A DNA stretch of 62,221 nt, filler included, from Sphacelaria rigidula (lineage: Eukaryota), in assembly GCA_964200075.2 (NCBI GenBank). It is 9 parts of 9 records of this genome, joined end to end, with 100 filler letters (N's around TTAATTAATTAA, not from the genome) between each part and the next. Parts side by side here need not be neighbours in the genome. Positions count along the whole stretch, not along the records: positions 48,474 to 55,297 come from CAXNAA020017902.1; positions 55,398 to 62,221 come from CAXNAA020017903.1; 7 more parts are not named here. One strand, given 5' to 3'. The translations under genes and the position numbers were made by a program. The notes under the pieces are model-generated. The model was not told the DNA's origin and did not search any database. It worked only from the letters and a program-made list of their open reading frames with translations. This document shows, piece after piece, positions 50,470-62,221 of this stretch (within the stretch, counting starts at the first letter, position 1; each line of letters starts with the position of its first letter).

Positions 50470-51846
50470 ATTACACCCTTCTCAAGATGCCTTCACCCCT
50501 ATCATATCACAGTTAGAGCTCCCGCACTGCCTCTGGTGTCCTTTGTTTTTAGTTACGTTGTGTTCGGACTGCCGAGCTGCCGTGTATACTACACTACCAC
50601 TGTGTGCCTTGCATGCGCATCTCTTCTGTTTGTTCATCGTCTCTAGCCGTCTGTAGCTGTTGCTCTGTCATCTATCCCTGGCGATATGAGTTCAAGGGCC
50701 TCTGATACACTAGACGCTCGCACCCTGCGCCGACTCCGACGCGAACGTACGCGAGCAATAGCACTTGCCACCCCACCATCCTCACCTGCTCGTCCCAGCT
50801 GCCTCTCTGTGGCAACCGCCCCAGTAGTGATACCCATCTACTCTGTAGCGGATGCGAGTCACCATGTAGAGTTCAATTTATACCGTGACTCTTCTGCCCC
50901 ATTACGTTTTTTCCCACATGAGCTGCCCGTATATTATCAGCTACCAGCTCTTTTCTACCACCACCGGCACTGTATCAGCGTGCATCCTTTCGCTACACCC
51001 ACCCCGCCGCATGTACCGTCGGCCTTTTTTTCTTCAGTAGCTAATGTTGATCGTCTCTTGCTGTCTCAAAATATGCTCACCGTGCAGCACATTTCTTTTG
51101 TGCCCAACCTGGGTGTTGACTGTACATCATCCGATCCCACCCTGTACTATGTATGTGAACCAAACTTTCGTGATAGCACTACAGTACCACCCTCTTCCCA
51201 AGGTCCTGTGTGCGTGAGTTCGAAATCGTCTCGGCGGGCAATATGTTGCGGACAGCGAGGTACCGTGGTGTGCATACGTCGTTACTGCTGCACTATCTGA
51301 ACGAAATCATCTATATTGCGTCGTAGATATGAACACGGCGCGGATATAGCGGGTGACGGGTGTTCTTCGTGTAATACGAACGAATTGACATCGGTACAGC
51401 ACCATTGAACCGATCCTCCGCTACCCCACGCGAAAATCATATGTACTGTAGTGTGCCACCGTGCATTTTTCTGTCTGGTGCTTTGTACGCTGGTGTTGTA
51501 CTGCACTACATACTTGTATTACGGTTGCTCTTGTACATTTATTGACTGTTTACCTGCACGATGTAGGTCATCGACCCCCGACTCGGATATTTTCAGCGAA
51601 CTACGCGGTGCAACAATAAGTATCGCCAGCTGCGCTGGAATTGCCTCTAGATACACGGCATCCGGTAGTTATTTCATTTTCTCAGCCTCAACGTGTTTTC
51701 AAAATAGAACTGAGCGGTTTGAAGTTGCTGTTCGCTGCATCCCACACGTCTATTCCTTCGTGGCATGCAGGTTTGTTAATGCGCTGCTGCGCTGGTGACA
51801 GACACTATATGTCTGTTGATTGTGACAACCTTCGTTTTCTTGTCTC

Positions 51847-53211
51847 TTGCTGTTACAATTTATTCCAAGACACACACATACGGTTTGTTGTGTGCCTTCG
51901 ACATCTATATATATATATATATATCCCTTTCATCTGCACCTAATTAAAAAAGTGATAGACCGCTACATGTGCGGAGTGCGCGGACCTACATGTCGATCGA
52001 AAACTGTCGACGGTACCCTGCCACTATGTTTCTTTTTCTTTTTGTACGCTCCGCCTCAGTCCTCAACAACTGTGCTGTCTCCCACGACGAAGCGTAACAC
52101 TCCTACTTCAAACCCCATTGTCAACGACAGGTCCACAGTCGGGCCCCAACAACCTTCAACAACAAACCACGGCAATACCTTTATTTCACTCAGCCAGTGC
52201 ACCATCACCACAAAATCCTCGTCGGCCAGCGTGGGTTCTCGTTTGTGGTGTGGGTACGTTAGCATTGATCGTTCTATCATGATGGGTTCCATGACAGCAC
52301 AGTCCCGTGCAACATTGCATGACTCCCTAATGCGCAATGACCAACCCCAGTGTTTTCATACTGGATCTGACCACCCAGTTGTATTTCCGAGTGGTAGTAA
52401 TCAATGCCAGTTGGATCCGATCGCCCCGCGGAATCGGCAGTCGTGTAGCGTAGCGCCTACCGCCCTAGAAGCAGGAACATCTTCTGATACGATAGCTGCT
52501 ACCCCTACGACCGTTCATTGTAGGATGAAACGTTTACAGAGACTCCCCAGCCCCGAGAAGGACTCAGGAGTCCAGTCGAACCCGGTAACACCCGCGCGCG
52601 AAATTCCGCGTGTGCCCGGTCCCCTTTTATTTGGTGAGCGTAAATTTTCGTTCACTACGCGCGCCAGTGCCGAACCCTTGCTTTCCGTAGCTCAGCGGGT
52701 TGGGAAGGGACCCCAAGCGACAGTGCCGACCAAGCGCCACGCGTGTAGCCACGAACGGACTGACCTTGTCAACTTCCCAAAAGCCCCTGGAACAGCCGGC
52801 TGTACAGTGCGCTATACGCGACACCAGGAGAGGGCTCTTCCGGATGAAACTGTAAATAAACCTGTAGTCGCCGCTGCATCCGCCCACCAAGGTGCCCGGG
52901 TGCCGGGCACAGCGGATGACGGCCTTGTCGTAGAACAGGTCGGTGTTTCCCAGATCCCGAACAGATCAGCACCGCTTCCTGCCGACCCCTCGGAATCTAT
53001 GTTGAAGAATGAAGTAGCGTTGACAACTAACTGTTGGGACAGTAAAACCGCTACACCCTGCATGTATGTCTCATGGTGCCGGACAAACCCCGGCTGTGCC
53101 CGTCCAGACTGCAGTCCGGTCAGGACTGTTTCTCCCCTGTTTCTCATTGCTTCAAACAATTATTGCAAACATCCACATCCACTTCCTTTCCTAGGCGTTA
53201 TCCATCCCTGA
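51847..53211 (+). other. 454-codon open frame in the 5' internal region of the gypsy element; no gag motif recognised
   Basis: ORF track. S/T/P-rich, with a (TA)n tract at its 5' end, and in a different frame from pol. Confidence 0.3.
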
Positions 53212-53393
53212 CTGTGTACGAAATCTAACTTTCGTCTGCTGCACCACACGCCCTGCAAAACCCCCCGTGCCACGACGGCCCTTCGGAAAACACATTCGTT
53301 CCGGAGGATCAATCTCGAGTCTATTTTAGTACCATTGCCCAACAACACCAGAGCGATGTGGCTGCAGATCACTTGTAGGAATACGGACCAGAC

Positions 53394-55297
53394 TTGGTAA
53401 GTGGAACTGCACTCATGGATGACGCCTCCTTCACAACCCGAATAGATATACATGGTGGAGTGCATGCAACACGCCCTTTGATGGCCGTTGCCCTGCCCGA
53501 CACTGGCTCGCCACAAACTTTCATCACAGCCAGCTGCTGGCAACACATGATGAACGCTGGAGCAGCAGACGGACATTGCCTTTCTACTGTTCCGCCTCGT
53601 GTTTTTGGCGGGTTTGGTGCCTCCACTCCCCTTACGGTTGATCAATCAGTACGAGTCAGTGTGCAATTCTTCGATGACACGGGTCCCACTGCACGATTAG
53701 CTGTGTGGGCACTCATTGTGCCCGACGGTTCCATGTCGGTTGATGTTCTTTTGGGACGTGATAGCTGGCTACGTTTTTCCACACATACATACACGACAAG
53801 CTCGCCTGTTTTGAACCGACCCCTGACAGGCAGATTGAAATTGGGATATCACGACGCTGATCCAGGGGCTCAGGCCTATATCGATGACCCAACACAAACA
53901 GGTGATGCTTTTCAACTGTATTATGTTGGAGACCACGCCGTATCTCTGTCCCGTGAACCTCAACACATCCATGTGAATCTTGTGAGACGGAACGGATTCC
54001 CCGCCCTCACTGGACAGTACTTGGTCGACTTAACCAATCCTAACCAAACCCCAGACAGTATTCCCCCCTTTGATCAGACCGATGTATTTGTCCATGAGGG
54101 TCGGCAATCCATTCCCCTCACGTCCTCTGCATGTCTCGATGTCCTCCCTGGTCAGTTGTTGGGAATTGCTCAAGCGCCCCTCCTACGGGCAGCCTTGTCG
54201 AATGTATGTCTGAAGGTGCCACCGCGAACATCATCAGACAGCTCCGAGACAAACGGTTCCCCTTCGTTCGACAAGACTGACCCCATGGTTGTAGACGAAT
54301 CGACTGATACGCCTGACACAAACCCTCCGACTGCCTTACTAGATACATGCTCGCCAGAGCAACGTGTTTGTTTTCAACGATTATGGGATGAAATCCCCCC
54401 CCATTTGAGACACATTGCGTTTGATTTATCTGGTGAGGGCTGGACACCCACGGTGATTGATCGGTTGCGCTCCATCTTGATACGATACTCTGAACGGTTT
54501 TTCAAATCGTCAACAGATATAGGCCGCTGCAACACTCTACCGTTCAAAATCAACATTCCTGATGGTACAACACCTATTGCCATGCGTCCGTACCGTACAA
54601 AACCTCTTCTAGCGGGAAAAGTTCAAGTAATTCTCGACGAATACTTGTCCGCCGGGTTAATACGGCACTCAACGTCTCTGTGGGCCTCGCCTTTGGTAGT
54701 CGTCCGGAAGAAGAATGGTAAGATCCGACTGACCGTCAATTATCAACGATTGAACGCAGTCACCAAAATCGCACGTCTACCTCTTCCCCGGATAGATTAA
54801 ATCATCGACTCCCTCGGCGGTGGCAAAGTTTTTTCGAACTTCGACATGCAGTCCGGTTACCACCAACTGGTGATGGATCCGCACTCTATCGAGCTGACGG
54901 CGTTTCGCACCCCGTCAGGTCTATGTGAGTGGCTGGTCACTCCACAAGGTGCCGCCGGCGCCCCAGGAGCGTTTCAACGTATGATGTTTCGCGTCATTGA
55001 TGGACTGTCCAAATGCTGCATGTACCTCGACGATGCGGTGGTTCACAGCAGTACACCTGCTGAACACGTCGAACATTTGGCGTCCTTCTTTGCTCGTTTT
55101 GAACAACACAAGTTGAAGCTCGCCCCATCTAAATCCCGCATTGGAGCCACGGGCATCGAGTTCCTAGGCCATTGTATCAGCCCTGAAGGTCGTAGCCCCA
55201 ACCTCGACAAAGTTGCCGCACTTAGAGAGATGCCCATGCCACGCGATGTCTCTCAACTGCGCTCTTTACTCGGTGGCTTGAGTTACTACCGCCAATA
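53394..55297 (+). pseudogene. pol: Ty3/gypsy pol (aspartic protease + RT), one nonsense codon, cut by the spacer
   Basis: Protease: ALPDTGSPQTFI and DVLLGRD. RT: RPYR, SLWASPLVVVRKKNGKIRLTVNYQRLN, PLPRID*IIDSL (TAA at 54798), FDMQSGYHQ, TAFRTPSG, PQG..GAPGAFQR, YLDD, FLGH, LRSLLGGLSYYR. Confidence 0.96.
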
Positions 55298-55494
55298 NNN
55301 NNNNNNNNNNNNNNNNNNNNNNNNNNNNNNNNNNNNNNNNNTTAATTAATTAANNNNNNNNNNNNNNNNNNNNNNNNNNNNNNNNNNNNNNNNNNNNTCT
55401 TATGACTATGGCATGCATGATCATGAGTACACCCCCCCCCCTCCCCCCCCGCGTCTACTCTCTTCACATACACGTTTTTTTGCTGCTGAAAATC

Positions 55495-55870
55495 GGTCGC
55501 CCCGGTGGCTCAGTTGGTAAGCTCGAAACTTTCCGGCGGTTGTGGGTTCGAATCTGGATGAAGTTACACAATCTGGGTTTATTCACACACAATGCTCAAC
55601 AGTGGAGAGCGACGATGTCTTGGGGGTACATAAAATTCGACTGCACGGTCGACGAGGGAACGGGAGCGCTGAACCCCTCTCGCGATGGACATGTAGGCAA
55701 GCACCGCAAGAAGAAGGTGTGGGTTACTAAAAAGAAGAACAAATCTCCCATGTTGACCTTCCTCCTGTGTGACCCCGGCTGATGCGTCCACGTAATATAC
55801 CGAAATGTATAGACTGATGTCTAGATAGATGAGATGACAATACACGAACGACACACATATTCACTTACTA
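55495..55870 (+). mobile_element. tRNA-derived SINE family A, with head
   Basis: A-box TGGCTCAGTTGGTA (55506) and B-box GGTTCGAATC (55545). The body is homologous to 35340-35650. Confidence 0.82.
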
Positions 55871-57433
55871 CGTCTTCAGCAGAGCGGAGGAAGTCAGGTA
55901 CTTGTCGGAAAACAAACGAAATGCATCTACCGGCAATCAAACCCGATCCATTCGACGTCGTTGGTTCAGTTGTACCAATCACCCGGATGATGGCGGTAAT
56001 GAAATGGCGTGGTTCTTTTAATTGTCAATATCTCGTCGAGACCTTTCGGCCACGGATGTTTATTTTTTGAAGAAAAGTGAAAAAAAAACGTCCTTGTTTA
56101 CACCTCGTCGAGACCTTTCGGCCACCGGGATCATATATTTTGTAATAATACTGTGTATAACTTTGTTGCAAAATACAACACGTGCACTACCCGGGGGTGA
56201 AATGCATGGGTTGGCCCCTTTAGACCGAAGACTCGTCCCGAGGAAGGTCAATATAGGGGTTAAACGTGTGACGGAGAAAAAGGAGTTTGAGTCCCTGTTG
56301 TGTTTGATTGGTTGATTGATTGTCGCACTTTAACTGACCCCCCCAGGGGTTCAGCCGTGGTCTCCTGATAGATTACCCATGAAAAACAAAACGGGAACAC
56401 TCGCTGAAAAAAAAAAAAAACTGAAAAAAAAAGTGTAGCTGGTATGTAGTTATCATTAATCTACACCAACCGAAATATTGTGTCACAATATTATGTATGA
56501 TGGAGCCGCATGAAGATTATTGAGGGCTATTCGAAGCGCGAAATATGCATTTTTTTCTCACTGGGAATGAGTGGTTGTTTCCGTTGCTAGAAACATGAGG
56601 ACGTGGGTAGCAGTGGAAACTTACTTACTTGATGACGAGAGTCAACGCCGTGCGGGATTGGGTGCTGATCCAATCAATGTAATCCTTGATGCCGGGATCA
56701 ATGGAAAGTTTATGAGGGGTGGATAGATGGATGGGGGTCAATCCATTTATTGAGTGCTCGGACTCGTCCCGAGGAAGGCGAGGGGTTGGAATGTGACGGG
56801 AAAATTTTGTATTCATGTTGTCGCTGAGTTCTTCATATATAACCTCCCTGGGTGATATTCCGCCGCGTATATGTCACGCGTACGACATTCAAATGTATGT
56901 TTCTGGGGTAGCCACAGTGTATGGTATGTACCAAAAAGTATTGAGCCGTGAATAGAGGCAGGCGACTACTGGGTTTCAGGATTGCCCGAAGCGAGTTGTT
57001 CCTATGATGTATATAGCGATAAATTTAAAGCGTCGACACGCTAATTGTACTCGGTGCTAGTATCCCCTCGCCCCTCGGCACTACCCCCATCCTCTTGCGC
57101 CGTTCCCGTTCCCGTAGGAAATGAACTTTTGGACCTATGGGTGCAGATGGTGTCAGGTCAAGTAGGAGCTCCCTGCCTCGTCTGATACATATAAGGCAAG
57201 GCACACACGAGTGCAAGACACCCAGCAAGTAATCGTAATATTCAACGAATGACGAGTCGTCTATGCCCCAAAAACCACGGGGTGGAGGACACTTGACTGT
57301 TGTCTGCCCTCCAGCCGCCGCAGGTTGCACCATCTGCCGGCGTTTACTCGTTGCCGTTACTCGTATCATCGTCGTAGATGTTTTCAGGTGAAAATGATGC
57401 TGGTTCAACCGACACAGTACGATAAAGGAGACG

Positions 57434-57641
57434 ACCTCTTGACCTCGAGGGCAGATCATCTGGGTCATGCGGACTTTTTCAAATAGAATTGATGCCGATT
57501 CAGCAGGTAGGTCACCTACTCTGGCAGTCGAAGGGTTTATACCCCTTTGACCGCGAGAGTAGGTGACCTGCTGAATCGGCATCAATTTCACTGAAACAAA
57601 GTATGTCTTATGTAGATGAACTACCCGCACATAAGGATTAA
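57434..57641. mobile_element. Two ~100-bp piggyBac-like mini-MITEs in inverted tandem, forming a palindrome
   Basis: AATTGATGCCGATTCAGCAGG...CCTACTCT..CAGTCGAAGGG|TTTATA|CCCCTTTGACCGCGAGAGTAGG...CCTGCTGAATCGGCATCAATT; right end AAGGA|TTAA. Confidence 0.65.
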
Positions 57642-58112
57642 CCGCTGCAGGTGGATCGATCGTAGTTCGGCGACAATTTACTCATGGTTAACCAATTTTA
57701 GGACCGAGGCAAAGTCTACTGCCCCTAACCCAACCCCGAGCCCACGCATACCGAGAACCCTGGGGGAAGGGAGATGAAAAGAGTACCCGAGACAAGTGTG
57801 CGGTTGCAGACCTCAAACCGCCGGTTTGGATCAGAACAACGAGTTCTGCATATGCCAGGAGCACTCGGGACTTTCAGTCCTACAAAAGATCCGGATCTCA
57901 GCGTTCGAACTCAAATCAAGTTGTAGCAACCAAGTAAATCGTCCGCGAACTTCTCCAACTCTACTCGAAGGTAACAACAGCACCAAAAACTCGACTGAAC
58001 CACTCACTGGGACCCGACGACCTTTCCTTTTGTACCTAAAGTAAAAGTACGAACCGATCATGCACAGTTTGACTCTTCGGCGCCGTTTCTCGTGCGAAAG
58101 AATCGCAATGCA

Positions 58113-58540
58113 AATAACGCCACCTTGAAATGACTTGCTTTATATATTCTACGGAGAGGATTCCATCACACTTCGGCGACTCTCACTTGGTTTGCGCAGC
58201 TTGACGCTGGGCCAGGAAAAAAAACAATCCGAAACCGTTCAAGGTCGTGCAAATCTTCCCGATTGCCAAGGGTCTTCGAAGATCGGAAAGTGTACGTTCG
58301 AGTGTGGGTACTTTTACAAAAAAGAATCTGACCCAAGCCCAAAAGAATTAATCCATGCAAAAACGTACGATGATTCCTAATGGCGCGCTGACTCTTTTCT
58401 TGCACTTACTTGTTGTCTACACGATTTTCTGCTCGGAGCTTGCCTGGTCTCGAGTCAGACTGCGCGCATCACAAATCGCCCATTTTGGTCGGGATCCAGC
58501 GAAACAGTGGAGAAATTATTCATTCCGAGGTGGAACTATC
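58113..58540. mobile_element. Old MITE with degenerate TIRs
   Basis: CCACCTTGAAATGA vs TCATTCCGAGGTGG, and GCGCAGCTTGACGCTGGGCCAGG vs CCTGGTCTCGAGTCAGACTGCGC. Confidence 0.45.
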
Positions 58541-59399
58541 TGCCTGGTGGTCGCCTTGTCACCCCCCAAACACACGAGCTTGGGACAGGCCAATATGCAA
58601 TATGCACATCCGCCGTAGTATATGTTATGCACATTCGACCATGGTTTGTAATTTTAGTCTCATGTGTAATCTGAACCATCCAGATCTGGGATGCATTCGT
58701 TGGGTCGGCATCGTCTCCACTTGATATATGAATAGACCATCTGTGTGGGGGGGGGTCAAAGAATTTGTCACTTTGGACAACACCACTGACTGCATACATT
58801 ATTCACTTGCTGAGAAAGTATTCTCGGGATGGAGGCTTAGCTTCATTTTACTCTCACAGTTTAATCGGACGAAACTAACATCATGATCATCCGTCGGCGT
58901 ATTGTTCAGCGGAAGCGCGCCGAGGAAATGTAAGGCAAACCAGACTTTCATCCGAACTACTTCGCAGGCTTCGGCTACCCCTAACCCTCCACATCATATT
59001 ACTGTGTCCGTGCCTCTCCGATCCGGGATCATTATACATATTTATGCATTCTCCTTGTGGCGTCCTGGACGTCCACACCAGGTATTTCCGAGGGGACCTC
59101 AACGGTTCTCGCCAACGGAATTCCCTCGCAAGTGAACCACAGAAAACATGGAGGGGAACCAAATTGATGGGAGATTCCAAGTTGTCCCGCTGTGCAAAAA
59201 AAAAAAGGCTCTCAGGGAGCTCCGCCCATGCTCCTGTCACGCGCCCTGTCCTCTCAGTCTCATCATCACCCCTACGCACTACACACCAACCCGCCCTCGC
59301 CTAACACTAAGTAGTACGCAGTACCACAGCAGAAGCTCACGGAAACCCTAGGCACGGTACCGAAATCAACATCATGGTGCAAGCTGGATCTTCTGTTGC

Positions 59400-61760
59400 C
59401 GGTGTGGCTCTGCTCGCTCTGTCTGCGGGCGTGTTCGCTGCTAACGAAGGTATGTTCACAGGTGCTGTTGAAGCCAGTGGTTGACATGCGTGCCTTGTTG
59501 TTCCTCCCTCATCCACCCCCACCGTACGGTGAACGTCGCGCGTGGGGAGACGCACGCCGATCGCCGCTTGACAAGCCTAAGTGTGGCTGGAGAGTTTCAC
59601 CTGCCAGCTGGCATTGTTGTGACGGGCAGAAAGAAGTCTTGCCTTATGTGATACATTGATGTGCCAATCACATTGTGTGCACGCGCCGATTACCATGAAG
59701 TGGGTGAAGAGAAACAGCCTGCGCGAAATTCGAATGGGGTCTGGGCGGCGGTAACCGTGCACTCGTCTGCGTATGCTTTTCTTACACCAAGATGGGTTGA
59801 TCCCTCTTGTGACCCACGGACGCAGCCTGTAACCCGTCCTGTGGGAGTTCATTTCTCTTGGCAGCGCATGAGTGTAGTTAGCTTGATTCAGATATGACGG
59901 AACCCACAGGTTTGACAGTTGGGCACACTCGCATATTCTTTCATCCACGATAGTGAGCAACAAGTGGGACACATGACACTACCACTTGTACAGTATAGCC
60001 CTAGAAGACAGATTTGAGTGGTTCTGCCATGATATTCGGGAGATCATGTCGAGCGCGAGGCAGCGAGTGCTGTGGGAATTTCCATCGCCATGCACTTGCT
60101 CGTCTCAGCGTCGTGCCTGCGTATTCGGTGGCGCCCCGAGTGCAATTCCATTCGGTGTTGGGGAGCTCATCTGCTTCTGCGATTTGAAGTCCCGCCGTGG
60201 AAAAGAAATCCCCCGACTGAAACTTTTTTGGAGAAATCACTCCGTGATGAAGCGGGAGGTTGGTCTGGAAAAATGGGGCGGTTTCACGAATGCACCGGGC
60301 GTGCGTTGGTTAAGGTCGGACCGTTGACACCAGGATCATCGCATACGGCAACTACGGCACGGCAGACAGCCGGGTAGTCCCCCCATTTTGCCGCGGAGAA
60401 GGCATTTGGGGAAAACCAGGTCAAACTCGCGGAGATGAAAGTCCAGAAAATATCGGCCAGCCCAGTGCGGGTGTACCGACATCTTTTTCCCTCCTGCGAG
60501 GATGACTCCCGAACACGTCTTGTCCGCCTTTCGAATGTGTGCAAATCCACCGATTTCTTCTGTTCGGCTCCCTTCACTGGGTGTTCGTTCAAGTGTACGC
60601 ATCGCGGCAGGGCGCACGTTGCCGGTGCGGGGCGAACTACGCGCTCTTGCTGTACAGTCAGTCCACCATAAACACTTGGATATTGAGTTCAGGAAAAGTG
60701 GAATTGGTGATCATGGTCGCTGTCTTGTTGGATTGCGGCAAAACAATTTTGGAGTACAGTAGTTGATTGAAAATTTTCGCAGCAACTTGCGGATTACACA
60801 GATTGCAGGGTGGGGAGCCAAACGGTGTCCCCTGACGCTGGCTCGTCGATTCTCTGCGTTTTTTTTCCGATGCAGGCGCCGGTCTCCGCGGCATCTCTGT
60901 GAGCAGGCGCACCCAGGAGGTGGGTTCATTCTGTGCAACGAACGGTTTGTGACGATGTAATGTCATGAACATCGCCGCGTCGTCGATTTTGCAGTGAACT
61001 TTATACAGTTTGTCACGAGGTGGCACCGCACTCTTCCGATGGCATGGAGTTGTACCGCTCATGTGAAAGGCGGGGGTACGCAAGTAACTGTTCTCAACCC
61101 CTTGGACGGTGGTGGAAGTAATTCGTCCGTGAGGCACAAACTTCGTGCCTTCCCTGGAATTCCACTGTAACCTGGCGATTGCAGTAGCTGTACATGGAGG
61201 GCTCATGTCTCGGAATGATCCTAGTAGTCGAATGGTCACATCCAAGTCACCCAAGCGGTACGAGGGTCATAGTTCATGACTGGGCGAGCGTCGACAGAGC
61301 AAAGCACGCCGCAACTCGTAAATTTGATGAAACGATGACATCACCGAGTTCTTGTGAACTAATTTTTTTCCCCCGAAGCTATGCTGACTGTCTTCACCCA
61401 GGTATTGAATGTCGACCCCCATGAAACGGGGCGGGGGGTGGGGGCTAATAAGTCATCGTTGGTCCAAAGACTTTTTGGCCCAGAGCTCGACTGCGGTATT
61501 TTTCGATCGACCGAGCCTATTCCGATCGTGATGAAAATGGCATCTGCTTGTCTATCGTCCGATGGTACCTAAAAACACTAGTTTGTGCACTGTTTTGTCT
61601 ATCAGTTGACTTCCGAAGCCCACCAACTCTTCGCGCGTTCCAATTTTATCGGCGGAGTGTAGTACCGCCAGAAATTCCTGGAAAATTAAACACGTAGCAT
61701 CATCCTGAAACAAATTCATCCCACTACAACTACGCCCAATCCCCATCGTCATAGCTCACC
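59400..61760 (-). pseudogene. Heavily decayed coding remnant, possibly a Mutator/MULE transposase
   Basis: Patchy minus-strand ORFs. PELNIQVFMVD resembles the MULE P..i.TD motif, and IVDERICECAQLSNLWVPS resembles a decayed SWIM finger (CxC...PCxH), in the expected order. Confidence 0.25.
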
Positions 61761-62221
61761 CCTACCCCGTCCCCCTCACGCGCCATTCCACCTACATGAA
61801 CAGGGAAGATGCAACAGCGTGGGATGCCCCGGCGGATACATTCCAGGTATGTATCTGTTGGTCGCCGAACCCTTCGGTAGATTGTGAAGTCCGTTTTCTG
61901 ATGGGAAATTGACCCATCTGTGAGGAGTTGACCCATAGTTGATGAAATTATTCGTAGATCAAATGTGAGGTGAAACGTTACGCAAAATATACTGGATACA
62001 AAATTGGACGGTCCAAGGCCAACTCTCATGGGAGCGTTTTCAGAGGAGTTTTTCTCGCCATTATGGTGAACGCGCACAAAATACACTACGGCGAAGAAAA
62101 TGAGAGTTGGCTTAGACCCACTTTCAACAGTGTTTTCGTGAGATTAAGTAGATGATACGATTGAGAGTGAAGAGCGGTCAATCAGTGAATCAATCGTTTC
62201 AGTTCCGAAATGCACTTCCAC

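Noticed and set aside
9757-55297. A combined multi-gene system linking the recombinase, the RTs, the epimerase and the palindromes
   Set aside because: These lie on different artificially joined fragments, so their co-occurrence carries no information.
55495-55560. tRNA genes at 55495 and 48140
   Set aside because: A/B boxes are present, but I could not fold a complete cloverleaf and both run into repeated SINE bodies.
59890-59990. CPTCC...CQTCG (minus strand) as a TnpB/Fanzor zinc ribbon
   Set aside because: There is no following RuvC-III DxNAA-type motif and no upstream RuvC-I/II motifs, and the frame has nearby stops.

Overview
This window is not one contiguous locus. It is nine equal-length fragments (5 x 6,825 bp and 4 x 6,824 bp) joined by eight identical 100-bp spacers (N44-TTAATTAATTAA-N44), so no linkage can be inferred across spacers. 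The DNA is eukaryotic, intron-rich and TE-rich, and very probably from a brown alga (Phaeophyceae), because it contains a mannuronan C5-epimerase exon with the YGFDPHDDSD motif. Host coding sequence is sparse: the first exon of a WDFY3/ALFY-like BEACH protein, the epimerase exon, three in-phase 3' exons of a conserved hypothetical (possibly DUF2993-like) gene, and two weaker spliced gene models. The rest is mostly mobile DNA: a decayed tyrosine-recombinase retrotransposon (RT-RNase H-YR) with two MITEs nested in it, a Ty3/gypsy element, a LINE 3' end, two tRNA-derived SINE families, several MITE/foldback families (one a ~936-bp near-perfect palindrome) and microsatellites. The most unusual element is a ~215-bp TG...CA-ended MITE family carrying telomere-type (CCCTAA)n repeats, present in 3 copies. 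One copy sits with a clean 5-bp target-site duplication (TSD) inside the recombinase's catalytic region. I found no CRISPR array, rRNA or bona fide tRNA gene, and no multi-gene novel system that I can support.
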